Origin: Pseudomonadota bacterium
GTDB lineage: Bacteria > Pseudomonadota > Alphaproteobacteria > Rhizobiales > JANQQB01
Assembly: GCA_038745065.1 (NCBI GenBank)
Contig: JBCDLT010000032.1
Location: 1,225 to 65,224, forward strand
Reading direction: 5' to 3'
Length of the DNA: 64,000 bases
The first letter of the stretch is position 1. The number at the start of each line of letters is the position of its first letter. Below the pieces are notes generated by a model that worked only from the letters and a program-made list of their open reading frames with translations, searched no databases and was not told the DNA's origin. The position numbers and the translations under genes were made by a program. Positions 9,001-16,055 of this stretch are shown here, one piece after another.

Positions 9001-11115
9001 TCCGTCGACACCTTGTGGCTCACCGACCTCAACGAGGCCGATGTGGTCGGCGCAATCGACGGAAATGACTTCATTATCATTGTGAACGCCACCGGCGATC
9101 AGATTGAAATGACAGGGCAATTCCAGTCGTCGACCGAGAATTTCGGGATCGAGCAGGTGCTTTTTGCCGACGGCACGATCTGGGACCGGGCGCGTATCGT
9201 TTCCAAAGCCGCCATTCGCGGCACGGACGGCAACGACAACCTCACCGGCACGACCGGCGACGACGTCTATGCCGGCGGGCTCGGCGACGACACGCTGAAC
9301 GCGCGCCAGGGCAACGACACGTTCCTCTACAAGAGCGGCGACGGCAACGACTTCGTGGATGAGCAGGACGGCTCGACCGTCGCCGTCGACGTCCTGAAAC
9401 TGCTCGATCTCAACCCGGCCGACATCCTGGCCTCGCGTGTCGGCAACGACTTCATGATCACCATCAACGCGACCGGCCACCAGATCGAGATCGACGACCA
9501 TTTCTATTCGACGACATCGAATTACGGCATCGAGGAAGTGCGCTTTGCCGACGGCACCGTCTGGGATCGCGCCAGGATCGCGGCCGAAGCCTATATCCGC
9601 GGCACCGACGCGGCCGAAACCCTGAACGATTCAAGCTGGGACGACACGTTCTTCGGCGGGCTCGGCGACGACAACATCAATGCCCGCTACGGCAACGACA
9701 CGTTCCTTTACCGAAGCGGCGACGGCAGCGACTGGATCAACGAACAGGATTCGTCCACGACCTCCGTCGATGTCCTGAAATTCCTCGATCTCAACGCCGC
9801 CGATATCGTCGCCTCGCGCCTGGGCAACGACTTCTTCCTCACCGTGACGGCAACCGGCCACCGCATCGAGATCGACGACCACTTCTATTCCACGACCTAT
9901 AATTATGGCATCGAGGAAGTGCACTTTGCCGACGGTACGGTCTGGGACCGGACACAGATCGCGGCCGAAGCCCTGATCCGCGGCACCGACGCCTCCGAAA
10001 CGCTGAACGATACGAGCGACGACGACGTCTTCCTCGGCGGTCTCGGCGACGACACGCTGAAGGCCCGCTACGGCAACGACACGTTCCTGTATGCCAGCGG
10101 CGACGGCAGTGATTTCATCGATGACTTTGATTCCTCCACCACGTCCGTCGACGTCTTGAAACTGACCGACCTCAACACCGCCGATATCGTCGCCGCGCGC
10201 GAAGGGGCGGACCTGTTTCTCACCGTCACGACGACCGGCCACCGTATCCAGGTCGACGATCAGTTCTATTCGACCTCCTACAATTACGGCCTGGAGGAGA
10301 TTCACTTCGCCGACGGCACCGTCTGGGATCGGGCCCAGATCATGACCGAAGCCCTGATCCGCGGCACCGACGGCGCCGACACGCTGAGCGATACGAGCGA
10401 CGACGACGTCTTTGTCGGCGGTCTCGGCGACGACGTCTTCACGTCTCGCTACGGCAGCGACACGTTCCTGTATGCCAGCGGCGACGGCGACGACGTCATC
10501 AACGAACTGAACTCGTCCACGACCACGGTCGACGTCCTGAAATTCGTCGACCTCAATCCGGACGACATCTATGTCACGCGCACCGGCACCGACCATTTCG
10601 CGCATGTGATCGCGACCGGCGCCCGCATCGAAAACGACGACTTCTTCTGGTCGAGCGCCCATTACGGCATCGACGCCTTCCACTTCGCCGACGGCACGGT
10701 CTGGGACCGCACGATGCTCGCCGACAAGGTCGAGGACGGCTATCTGACCGGTACCGCCGGAGCCGACACGCTCGACGGCGGCCAGGGCGACGATCGGCTG
10801 TTCGGCGAGGACGGCGCGGATTCCCTGATCGGCGGCACCGGCGACGACCGCATGAGCGGCGGTCTCGGCGACGACACGTTCGTGTTCCTGACGGCCGGTA
10901 CCGGCGCCGATACGATCACCGACTTCACGGCGGGTGCGGCGAGCGAGGATACGATCGAGATCGCCACAACCCTGTTCGCCGACTTCGCCGCCCTCAGCGC
11001 GGCCGTAACCGATGACGGAACGGACGCGACGATCACCATCGCCCCGGGCGACACGATCGTGCTGAAAGGCGTCGTTGCGGCCGACCTGCACGCGGACGAT
11101 TTCACGTTCGTATAG
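1..11115 (+). CDS. Giant RTX-family (hemolysin-type Ca2+-binding repeat) secreted adhesin-like protein, 5'-partial, with type I secretion C-terminal target domain
   Basis: Frame 1 has no stop from nt 1 to the TAG at 11113-11115 (nt 1-390 checked codon by codon). The ORF-track start at 376 (TTG) is therefore only the first start-like codon. Many GGxGxD nonapeptide runs (for example GGAGNDTLLGGAG). Repeated modules of about 125-165 aa ending in IEE.xF.DGT. An EF-hand/dockerin-like DLDGDG...DDNGNGTIDD...DSNADGVID block. The C-terminus ...DTITDF...LHADDFTFV looks like a T1SS target domain. Confidence 0.9.
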   Translation, partial: VDYGETSLHSGVIKLSLGILRDALQDTGTIDAIKENLGSNLQLGEDVSTVNFVGGDAEGKPFSDRVVIDLEALEATENSHESHLVQFGNTKSHFGFIDINKEIWNSIQESIGEVNSSTSQEVEGILGVSHTEINLGKELLKPWEILVVHGGNDSDGLINFMPNESSGLSRDHSDLSHAVFGGDGKNTIKGSTTGDYLMGGESGDVLSGAEGNDTLIGGGGEDSLVGGAGNDTLLGGAGKADIAVYEHTDSGQTPGSGIAASITLNSETDATVISVTDDGFGSADRLIAIEHIEGTSKSDYFEFKDFAVSDVNKINVSVFADPAAGGTSASDVHDIADFVALSGPGKLTAIEREDEDGRTYIAVDGSGIRLYDFEEIIGTHGEDLLEESSTIKRAYGGGGDDVLKGGKNIELLDGGAGNDVLYGTAAYLYGGAGNDVLYGAGAHLYGGGDEADAYVGGAGTHIMDADNNDHVYWGGMRLTGGSQEWWNEGAYAYWTPASTIFTAVPGLVSGLLGTIFMLEVETVYMHAYRYGLTVAGQLVVEFGRKGGEQQMVIEDYDLDLASGTATGGLVVYKQEYVENATLADLEDFINLAFYVAYGSGIEGRDPLVLDLDGDGLELTSLGQSSVHFELDGDGFAERTAWVRSDDGFLAIDDNGNGTIDDLGELFGDATTDGFTELAGLDSNADGVIDALDARFADLLVWRDLNRNGISETDELMTLTEAGITSLSLTTRTPTVTDVRGNEVRAEADITFADGRQSTISDVVLVSDQTDTAYMGDATVSAAAALLPNLRGYGEITDLHVAMTTNAGLLAAVETFAAKIATTDLTTYHTDVIDILFRWAGVDAMTPTTLGTGLDTQMLAFVEKYSGYQVMDRDGNGDPIANNVDEVLDIWNETLQEVTLRLAVQGPLSSTFAGVEFQPGRDGFKASGPQSLADLYQSVLAGLSADPATALAEWTNDWVPLLTEFGATFLRHDGNRLKVDFEVASLVRAHDAAAPSLALGDAITALGHSDVFLGTSGDDLMERQSTARTSVYIGLEGNDTLIGGTNQDVYVFGAGFGQDVIEDQEAGGGMSGDRIRFTTLSASEVTLSHVGDDLVIAVNGTSDLITVKNHFSAPTITALGQITSANWGIEEIQFADGTIMESTDFAEAVGTGTSASEVITGSGRDDQITGLEGDDTLRGGNNGDIYYFSRGHGNDVIEDRMTNTLLSMPDALIFEGGISEDDLTFARDGNDLIMMLDDGTGSVRVKDQFYYTPLGFQNKYALDYRVDSVFFTTGMPLTWRQIQQKLIDEATTAGDDHILGFGTADTFSASAGNDTLSGGDGGDTYHFGYGSGTDVIQDHQSTVEFNLIPGIETFGFADPDELIFGPGITAANVTYTRHGYAPDLLVSLDGTNDHLTLKGFFTATYTWVFGTQWFNQVETFTFSDGTQHTVTDIVTELLAAASTDGDDEIYGFSLEDTLDGGAGDDYLSGGNENDTYIFDAGYGNDTIFDHLGNILSGNDDRVVFGSGIDAATTRFARNADGNLEITFDGLTDSLTIEGQFKFVETAAFGTRNFGLIESFEFHDGTTIGWSAIEASIVASLKTDGNDLIEGFHFGDTLDGGLGDDTLIGGNGSDTYIYRSGDGNDYIDDRLGNILTGTTDVLDFVDLDSTDVTFGRAGASHALTITVAPTGHTITVDTMFPDYNIARYFYALDEFRFADGVTYTRQQIMDMLLAAATTAGNDTIYGYHDDETIDGGAGDDLLNGLSGQDTYIWGVGSGNDIIDDQSSYVRDDNIVEFTGSLTAADLSFAVVPGTTDLVITIVATGETLTVREAFTIHPFGYLAGSVHTYRFTDGSSLTYEDIGQMILDGSVTAGDDTLNGFAFDETFDGGAGNDLLQGGAGSDTYKFGTGSGQDTIEDSAARLFVQTDRIEITGGLGEADVTFSRDGDDMLIAIDGTTDLLRVIGQFGSDGFRQIEEVVFDDGTVLTAEDLATALAGQIGTEGADTLVGSGIADVLSGLGGNDSITGNDADDFLYGGAGDDTLEGGGEDDVLAGGTGNDTLTGNNGSDTYIFTRGDGQDVIQDTTSAYFLTYTDRVEIRGYQAADVSLARAAPDSKDLIITFAGTTDQVTLIGGFSDAGYDDIEEIAIVFETTAPDGSPLVEETVWDKPAIRAMIYGDASTDGADHLVGLSGDDSLSSGAGDDLVVGAYGDDTLEGGTGNDTLQGDDGSDTYVFRKGDGQDVIIDDTHNYFLTYMDRIEIHGYQPDDITIARPTPDSEDLVITFLGTDDRITAIRGFTDAGYDDIEEIAVFTEIEGEGGATIVQETVWTKTQIRERIYQEAMTGAADRIVGIDGDDSLAGGAGNDTLVGNYGDDTLEGGTGNDSLQGDDGSDTYVFRRGDGQDVIKDDSHNYFLTHTDRLEIHGYQAADVTLSRAAPDSNDLIVTFTGTTDQVTLVGGFSDAGYDDIEEIAIVYETNAPDGTPLVEETVWDKAAIRAIIFGGASTDGNDTIYGLSGDDSLAAGAGDDTLIGAYGDDTLEGGTGNDSLQGDDGSDLYIFNRGDGQDVIHDDSFNAFLSHTDRVEIRGYQAADVTLSRSAPDSNDLIITFAGTTDQITLVGGFSDVGNDDIEEIAIVFETTAPDGTPLVEETVWDKAAIRAIIYGAASTDGNDHIVGLTGDDSLSAGAGDDLLVGDYGDDTLEGGTGNDTLQGDDGSDLYIFTRGDGQDVIREDSFGDWSSYVDRLEIRGYLPSEVTLARAGTENMDLVLTFAGTTDSLTLLDHLRDDGHSDIEEIVFDDGTIWTVSSARATLVAQEATTGNDSVTGFDGIDTLEGGLGDDTLTGRDESDDYIFTRGDGSDTIWDKGWDDTDRLLIHSYQASEITFARSVQNAADLVLTFTGTSDRIVIQNTLNEDRADHIEQIVLDDGTTYTITDINAILDQAGALSDSLTGTAGDDTLSGQDGDDTLSGLAGADTLDGGQHDDLLIGGLGADSLLGGAGGDTYQYASGDGSDIVNDTDGSLISVDTLWLTDLNEADVVGAIDGNDFIIIVNATGDQIEMTGQFQSSTENFGIEQVLFADGTIWDRARIVSKAAIRGTDGNDNLTGTTGDDVYAGGLGDDTLNARQGNDTFLYKSGDGNDFVDEQDGSTVAVDVLKLLDLNPADILASRVGNDFMITINATGHQIEIDDHFYSTTSNYGIEEVRFADGTVWDRARIAAEAYIRGTDAAETLNDSSWDDTFFGGLGDDNINARYGNDTFLYRSGDGSDWINEQDSSTTSVDVLKFLDLNAADIVASRLGNDFFLTVTATGHRIEIDDHFYSTTYNYGIEEVHFADGTVWDRTQIAAEALIRGTDASETLNDTSDDDVFLGGLGDDTLKARYGNDTFLYASGDGSDFIDDFDSSTTSVDVLKLTDLNTADIVAAREGADLFLTVTTTGHRIQVDDQFYSTSYNYGLEEIHFADGTVWDRAQIMTEALIRGTDGADTLSDTSDDDVFVGGLGDDVFTSRYGSDTFLYASGDGDDVINELNSSTTTVDVLKFVDLNPDDIYVTRTGTDHFAHVIATGARIENDDFFWSSAHYGIDAFHFADGTVWDRTMLADKVEDGYLTGTAGADTLDGGQGDDRLFGEDGADSLIGGTGDDRMSGGLGDDTFVFLTAGTGADTITDFTAGAASEDTIEIATTLFADFAALSAAVTDDGTDATITIAPGDTIVLKGVVAADLHADDFTFV
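6094..8037 (+). repeat. Four tandem 486-bp (162-codon) in-frame repeat units inside the giant RTX gene; a shorter diverged fifth unit follows
   Basis: The anchor ggcggcaccggcaacga recurs at 6094, 6580, 7066 and 7552, with a variant at 8038. Spacing is exactly 486 nt. Translated units (GGTGND.LQGDDGSD.Y.F.RGDGQDVI...IEEIA...ETVW.K..IR) are highly similar by eye. Confidence 0.9.
9214..10737 (+). repeat. Four tandem 381-bp (127-codon) in-frame repeat units inside the giant RTX gene
   Basis: The anchor at(t/c)cgcggcac(g/c)gac (IRGTD) recurs at 9214, 9595, 9976 and 10357, exactly 381 nt apart. Units read IRGTD..ETLND.S.DD.F.GGLGDD...ARYGNDTFLY.SGDGSD...VDVLK..DLN.ADIVA.R...F.TV..TGHRIE.DD.FYST.YNYGIEE.HFADGTVWDR.QI. 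Confidence 0.85.
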
Positions 11116-11467
11116 ACGCTGCTGCGCCCGATCGGACGGCCGGTCGGGTAGGGCACCGCCGGCTTTCGGGTTACGCCGCGGGTTTCGGCGCGAAATGGGC
11201 TGTGCGATATAGCATTTGTCAGCGTTTAACTTGCTGCAATCACTTAAAATCATTGTAAAAAATAACAGTATAAGTATGTATCAATACGTATAACGGCTGC
11301 AAATATTTGTTTTATGTGCTGCATACCGAATATTAACAAAATAAGCGTTTTATCATTACTTAATAAAAGAAGATAAAGCGTCTCAAGGATTGATATAAAT
11401 ATTGATCTTTGATGCAAACAAGGGTTGAGTCATTGGTAAAAATAGGAAATATGTGCGGATTGTAAAA
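11116..11467. promoter_or_regulatory. Strongly AT-rich intergenic region downstream of the RTX gene and upstream of the PAS/MCP genes (probable promoter or silencer-binding region)
   Basis: Three 60-nt lines counted by hand (11221-11400) have about 25-32% G+C. Flanking coding DNA has about 60%. No credible ORF. Confidence 0.35.
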
Positions 11468-11992
11468 ATGGCCAAGGATCAGACCATAACCGGAAACGAA
11501 GTTTTCTTCGGTGACGATGAGATCATCGTCAGCAAAACAGACCTCAAGGGAAGAATTACATATTGCAACGATGTTTTTCTTCGTGTGGCGGGATACACGG
11601 AAAAGGAATGTGTTGGCCAACCGCACAGTATGATCCGTCATCCGCACATGCCGCGTTGCGTGTTCGGCTTGCTCTGGGAGACGATCCAGGACGGACGCGA
11701 GATCTTTGCCTATGTCGTCAACCGCTGCAAGAACGGCGACCATTATTGGGTGAACGCCCACGTCACGCCGAGCCGCAACGGCGCCGGCCAGATCGTCGGC
11801 TACCATTCGAACCGCCGTGTGCCCGACCGGCGCATTCTGGAAGAGCACATTCAGCCGCTCTACGACGAATTGCTCGCCGAGGAACGCCGCCATGCAAACC
11901 GCAAGGAGGGCCTGCAGGCCTCCAGCGGCCGGGTCGCAGCCCTCCTGAAGGACAAGGGCGTGGAATACGACGAGTTTGTCGCGACGCTCTGA
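11468..11992 (+). CDS. Stand-alone Aer-like PAS domain protein
   Basis: The motif string [70 protein letters not shown]...GYHSNRR matches the aerotaxis-receptor-type PAS. Start taken at ATG 11468; GTG 11453 is possible. Confidence 0.85.
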   Translation: MAKDQTITGNEVFFGDDEIIVSKTDLKGRITYCNDVFLRVAGYTEKECVGQPHSMIRHPHMPRCVFGLLWETIQDGREIFAYVVNRCKNGDHYWVNAHVTPSRNGAGQIVGYHSNRRVPDRRILEEHIQPLYDELLAEERRHANRKEGLQASSGRVAALLKDKGVEYDEFVATL

Positions 11993-12045
11993 TCCCATCC
12001 GCCCCGCCGGTCCGGCAGGGCACGACAATTCAGGAAACCGGAACC

Positions 12046-13197
12046 ATGTTTGCCAGATCCAACAAGTCGGCCATCAAAAAGGCCATCGAAGTCTGCGAGG
12101 CCGCCGCGGAGGGCGATTTCGAGGCGCGTATCACCAACATCACCGAAACCGGCGACGCGGCCCGCATGCTGCACGCCATCAACCGGCTGATCGATCGCTC
12201 GGACGCCTATGTCCGGGAATCCCGGGCGTCGCTCGAATATGTCGCGCGCAACAAGTATTTCCGTCGCATCGCCGAACGCGGCATGACAGGAGCCTTCGGC
12301 GAGGCGAGCCGGACGGTCAACACAGCCATGGAATCGATGCAGGAACGCGTCGGGCAATTCACCGGCGTCGTGACGAACTTCGAGGACACGATGCGCGAAG
12401 TCGTGGATTCGGTGGCCTCGGCGGCAACCGAACTGGAAGCCTCGGCGCAAACGCTGGATCAGAACACGTCATCGGCCGCCGACCAGTCGACGACGGTGGC
12501 GGCGGCTGCCGAGGAAGCGTCGGCCAATGTCAGCTCGGTCGCGTCCGCAACCGAAGAACTGACGAATTCCGTGAGCGAGATCAACCAGCAGGTTACGCAA
12601 TCCTCGAAATCGGCGTCCGAAGCTGTCGAGATCGTCCGCAAGACCAATGAAGACATCAGCGGCCTGGCGGACGCTTCGGAAAAGATCGGCCAGGTGGTTT
12701 CGCTGATCACCGACATCGCCGAACAGACCAACCTGCTTGCGCTCAACGCCACGATCGAGGCCGCGCGGGCCGGCGAGGCGGGCAAGGGGTTCGCGGTCGT
12801 CGCGTCCGAGGTCAAGGGGTTGGCCAGCCAGACCGCCAAGGCGACCGAGGAGATCGTGACCCAGATCTCCGGCATTCAGAACGCTTCCAAGACCGCGATT
12901 TCCTCAGTGGAGACGATCGGGGAGACGATTACCAATATTAACGAGATCGCCTCCGCGATCGCCGCCGCCGTGGAACAGCAAAGTGCCGCGACCGGCGAAA
13001 TTGCCCGCAACATCGATCATGCCGCGACGGGCACGACCGAAGTCAGTGCCGGGATCGGTGTCGTCAGCAAAGCAGTCCAGGAATCCGGCGAAGCCGGCGG
13101 TCAGGTGCTCGATGCGTCCCGGGAATTGTCGGAACGCGGCGAGTTGCTGCGGAGCGAAGTGACCCGGTTCCTGGAGGAGGTCCGCAAGGTGATCTGA
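12046..13197 (+). CDS. Soluble methyl-accepting chemotaxis protein (no TM segment seen)
   Basis: Canonical MCP signalling hairpin ...[47 protein letters not shown]... Start at ATG 12046 (MFARSNKS). The upstream in-frame extension to 11563 overlaps the PAS gene in another frame and is Arg/Pro-rich junk. Confidence 0.9.
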   Translation: MFARSNKSAIKKAIEVCEAAAEGDFEARITNITETGDAARMLHAINRLIDRSDAYVRESRASLEYVARNKYFRRIAERGMTGAFGEASRTVNTAMESMQERVGQFTGVVTNFEDTMREVVDSVASAATELEASAQTLDQNTSSAADQSTTVAAAAEEASANVSSVASATEELTNSVSEINQQVTQSSKSASEAVEIVRKTNEDISGLADASEKIGQVVSLITDIAEQTNLLALNATIEAARAGEAGKGFAVVASEVKGLASQTAKATEEIVTQISGIQNASKTAISSVETIGETITNINEIASAIAAAVEQQSAATGEIARNIDHAATGTTEVSAGIGVVSKAVQESGEAGGQVLDASRELSERGELLRSEVTRFLEEVRKVI

Positions 13198-13208
13198 CCG
13201 GTTGCCGA

Positions 13209-14318
13209 CTACCGCCCGGCACGCACGGCCAGGTCCACGACGAGCGCATGGTGGTCCGAGCCCGGCAGGCGGGCGCGGGACACGGATACCGGATCGAACG
13301 CCGCCCCCACGAAGGCGTGGTCGATCGGCAGAAACGGCACCTTCAGTGGGGTTGTATCGACCCCGTAGGCGGTCAGTTTCCGGCTGACGGCGTTCAGCAG
13401 CTGCGGCCGGCGTTCCGCCGGCCATGTCGGCAGAGCCAGCGACACCCGTTCAAGGCCAAGACCGGCATCCAGGTGCGCCAGGCCGTAGGACCAGGGCGTG
13501 GAGTTGAAATCGCCCATTACGACACTGCGCGTCCGGTCGGCGGCCGCCACGGCGCGCGCGAGCTGGTCCATCTGGTTGCGCTGGCGCGGTACCTGGATGG
13601 GCCAGGTCAGATGCGTCCCGAACACACTGAGTTCGACCGTCCGGCCACCGAGCGGGACAAGCAGGTCGGCGCGCACCAGCGGCACCGTCCAGTCGTTCAG
13701 GCGCGTCGACGGGAGAGGATTTGCGCCGCCTTCTTGCGCGACCGGCCGGCGCACCTGATCGCGCGCAATCGGATGCCGGCTGAGAACGGCGATGTTGCAT
13801 AACGACACGCCGATGCAATCGGCCCGGTAGGGATAGGCCTTTGCAAGCCGGTTTGCGATCGGCCGCTGCTTGCGCCACATCTCCTGCAGCACGATGACGT
13901 CCGCATCGAGGGCCAAGAGCGCCGCAACGGCGTCCGCCTGTTCCGAATTACGGCCCCAGACATTGAAAGAGACCAGTCGGACGATGTCGGCACGCGCGGC
14001 GGGACGCTCCGCCGTTGAATTCTCGGCGACGGCCGAACGGATCAGTTCCGGGGCGAGTGCGGCGCCCTGCAAGCCGAAGGTGAGGGCGGCAAGCCAGAAG
14101 GTCGCCGTGCGCCGGTGCGGCCGCCGGAAGAACAGAAACAGACCGGGCAGCAGGACGATCGCTGCGGCCATAAGAAACGGGCGGAAGTGGTTGACGGTGT
14201 CGAAAAGCGGCAGAAAACGTCCTGCCTCGCCGGCCAGGCTGATCGCGGCGAGGCCGAGAAATCCAACAAAGACCAGGCTTTTTGCCAATAGAAGGCCGAA
14301 ACGCATACGCAAACTCAC
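13209..14318 (-). CDS. Endonuclease/exonuclease/phosphatase (EEP) family membrane-anchored protein
   Basis: N-terminal hydrophobic segments, then VSFNVWGRN...DADVIVLQEMW...FGTHLTWP...GDFNSTPWS...SDHHALV, typical of the EEP fold. Start is GTG 14318 or ATG 14306. Confidence 0.8.
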   Translation of the reverse strand: MSLRMRFGLLLAKSLVFVGFLGLAAISLAGEAGRFLPLFDTVNHFRPFLMAAAIVLLPGLFLFFRRPHRRTATFWLAALTFGLQGAALAPELIRSAVAENSTAERPAARADIVRLVSFNVWGRNSEQADAVAALLALDADVIVLQEMWRKQRPIANRLAKAYPYRADCIGVSLCNIAVLSRHPIARDQVRRPVAQEGGANPLPSTRLNDWTVPLVRADLLVPLGGRTVELSVFGTHLTWPIQVPRQRNQMDQLARAVAAADRTRSVVMGDFNSTPWSYGLAHLDAGLGLERVSLALPTWPAERRPQLLNAVSRKLTAYGVDTTPLKVPFLPIDHAFVGAAFDPVSVSRARLPGSDHHALVVDLAVRAGR

Positions 14319-14499
14319 ATCAGATCGACCGGCCCGAACAGTCGGGCCGGGCGGATCCCGGCCGCATCGATCCGCTCCGATTCAGATAGCGATTTGTGTG
14401 AGCTGTTTAAAGGCGGTGCCGGGAACGTCGTAAACGCGGCGTGTGTCTCGCCCGGCTCTGAGATATGCCGGCGCGGAATGCGGCGGCATCGTCGGACGA

Positions 14500-15246
14500 C
14501 TATTCCTGCACCTGCCAGCCGCCGGGCCCCAGATGTTCCTGCGGGCGGAAGCGGGTCTTGTAGTCCATCTTCGGCGATCCGGCCACCCAATAGCCGAGAT
14601 AGACGTAAGGCAGGCCGAGTTTTTTCGCGCGGTCGATGTGGTCGAGGATCATGTACGTGCCGAGGCCGCGATCCGAATAGGCCGGGTCGAAAAAGCTGTA
14701 GACCATGGAAATGCCGTCCGACAGCACGTCTGTGAGCGCGGTGGCGATCAGCGGTCCGTCGCTCGATCCGGTCACCGCGCTGTCGACGTCGCGCGGCCGG
14801 TATTCCACCAGCATGGAGTTCACATGTGTGTCTTCGACCATCATTGCATAGTCGAGCACGGTCATGTCGGCCATGCCGCCATCCGCATGGCGCGTGTCGA
14901 GGTAACGGCGGAACAGCGAATATTGTTCCGACGAGGGTGCCACCGGATGTTCGATCCCGATCAGGTCGGCATTCTGGTTCCAGGTCCGACGAAAGGATTT
15001 CGACCAGCGGAACCGGTCGACCAGGACCCGCACGGATACACAGGCCCGGCAACCCTCGCAGGCCGGCCGGTAGGCAATGTTCTGGCTGCGCCGGAAGCCG
15101 CCCTGGGTCAGCACGTCGTTTAGTGCGCTGGCGCTCTCACCCACCAAATGCGTGAACACCTTACGCTCCGCCTTGCCGTCGAGATAGGGGCACGGCGCCG
15201 GCGTCGTCAGGAAAAACTGAGGGCTGTCAAAAACATGCCGTGTCAT
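14500..15246 (-). CDS. bpt: Arginyl/aspartyl-glutamyl tRNA-protein transferase (bacterial Bpt/ATE family)
   Basis: N-terminus ...[16 protein letters not shown]...[24 protein letters not shown] and the C-terminal ATE-type region. Conserved neighbourhood with the RDD gene and hemB. Confidence 0.85.
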   Translation of the reverse strand: MTRHVFDSPQFFLTTPAPCPYLDGKAERKVFTHLVGESASALNDVLTQGGFRRSQNIAYRPACEGCRACVSVRVLVDRFRWSKSFRRTWNQNADLIGIEHPVAPSSEQYSLFRRYLDTRHADGGMADMTVLDYAMMVEDTHVNSMLVEYRPRDVDSAVTGSSDGPLIATALTDVLSDGISMVYSFFDPAYSDRGLGTYMILDHIDRAKKLGLPYVYLGYWVAGSPKMDYKTRFRPQEHLGPGGWQVQE

Positions 15247-15429
15247 TCAAAATCCCAACGCGCGGGGGGAGGCGGGTCGTTCGGTTTCGGGAGGCCATTT
15301 ATAGCGGCTGGCGCCGCCAAGTGCGAGCGCAAATCGCCGCCGGCACATCACGGTACGGCGTGCGGTCGCGGTCGGATCGCCGGCCGGCGGGGATCCCGAC
15401 CGGTCGATAGAGGCGCGGCTGGCGGAATG

Positions 15430-15963
15430 TCAGCTGGCGGGGCGCGCGCTTTCTGCGATGGCGCGATCGATCGCGCCCGGATCCGCGGCATTCAGCACCA
15501 CCGTGCCGAGCAGAATGTCATGCAGAAGCCGCTTGCGGGAGCCGAACAGGGAAACAGCCACGATCAGCGGCGTCAGGAGCACGTTGAAGGCGTAGAACAG
15601 CACGCCATGCATAAGCGCGAGCACCAGATAGGGTTTTGCGCCGTACCACAGTCGCAATTCCAGGCCCATGACGCGCATACCCGGTGTCGCGGCATTCGGT
15701 CCGCCGAGCGTCAAGCCGACATAGATCAGCGCCGTCGCCGGCACCAGTATGCCGAACAGGAGCCAGCCGAGCCCCAACGTGACGACGCCGAAAACCGCAA
15801 CCAGCGCGCCCGCAGCCACAATGATCAGGCAGAGGAACACAAGGTCCATCAGATAGGCGATCACACGCTTTCGACGCACGTCTGTATACAGCGCCGGATA
15901 GCGCAGCGGATCGAAGACAAACACGTCGCGGTCAGTTTCCGCGCGCGCGCTTTCAACGCTCAT
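15430..15963 (-). CDS. RDD family membrane protein
   Basis: RRKRVIAYLMDLVFLCLIIV... followed by three hydrophobic segments, about 177 aa. Typical RDD architecture. Confidence 0.75.
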   Translation of the reverse strand: MSVESARAETDRDVFVFDPLRYPALYTDVRRKRVIAYLMDLVFLCLIIVAAGALVAVFGVVTLGLGWLLFGILVPATALIYVGLTLGGPNAATPGMRVMGLELRLWYGAKPYLVLALMHGVLFYAFNVLLTPLIVAVSLFGSRKRLLHDILLGTVVLNAADPGAIDRAIAESARPAS

Positions 15964-16055
15964 TGGGGGGCCTTTCGGAATGTCGGGACCGGTTGCTCTC
16001 TCTCGACATCTAATGTGGGCATCGCCACGGGGAATTCAAATCGACGTCCCGCCTG

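Noticed and set aside
6094-10737. Regular DNA periodicity that could be mistaken for a CRISPR-like or satellite array.
   Set aside because: The periods (486 and 381 bp) are in-frame multiples of 3 within one continuous ORF. There is no short-repeat/unique-spacer organisation. These are protein module duplications.
1021-11253. Very long antisense ORFs opposite the giant RTX gene (487, 469, 979, 642 and 540 aa).
   Set aside because: These are mirror-frame artefacts of GC-rich repetitive coding DNA. The translations are monotonous Arg/Ala/Gly/Val/Asp strings with no motifs. The sense strand carries unmistakable RTX and secretion-signal signatures.
11563-12045. An N-terminal extension of the MCP ORF that would give a 544-aa protein.
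   Set aside because: The extension overlaps the PAS gene in another frame and translates to Arg/Pro-rich junk. ATG 12046 gives a normal MCP N-terminus. The possibility of a frameshifted fusion is reported as a finding.
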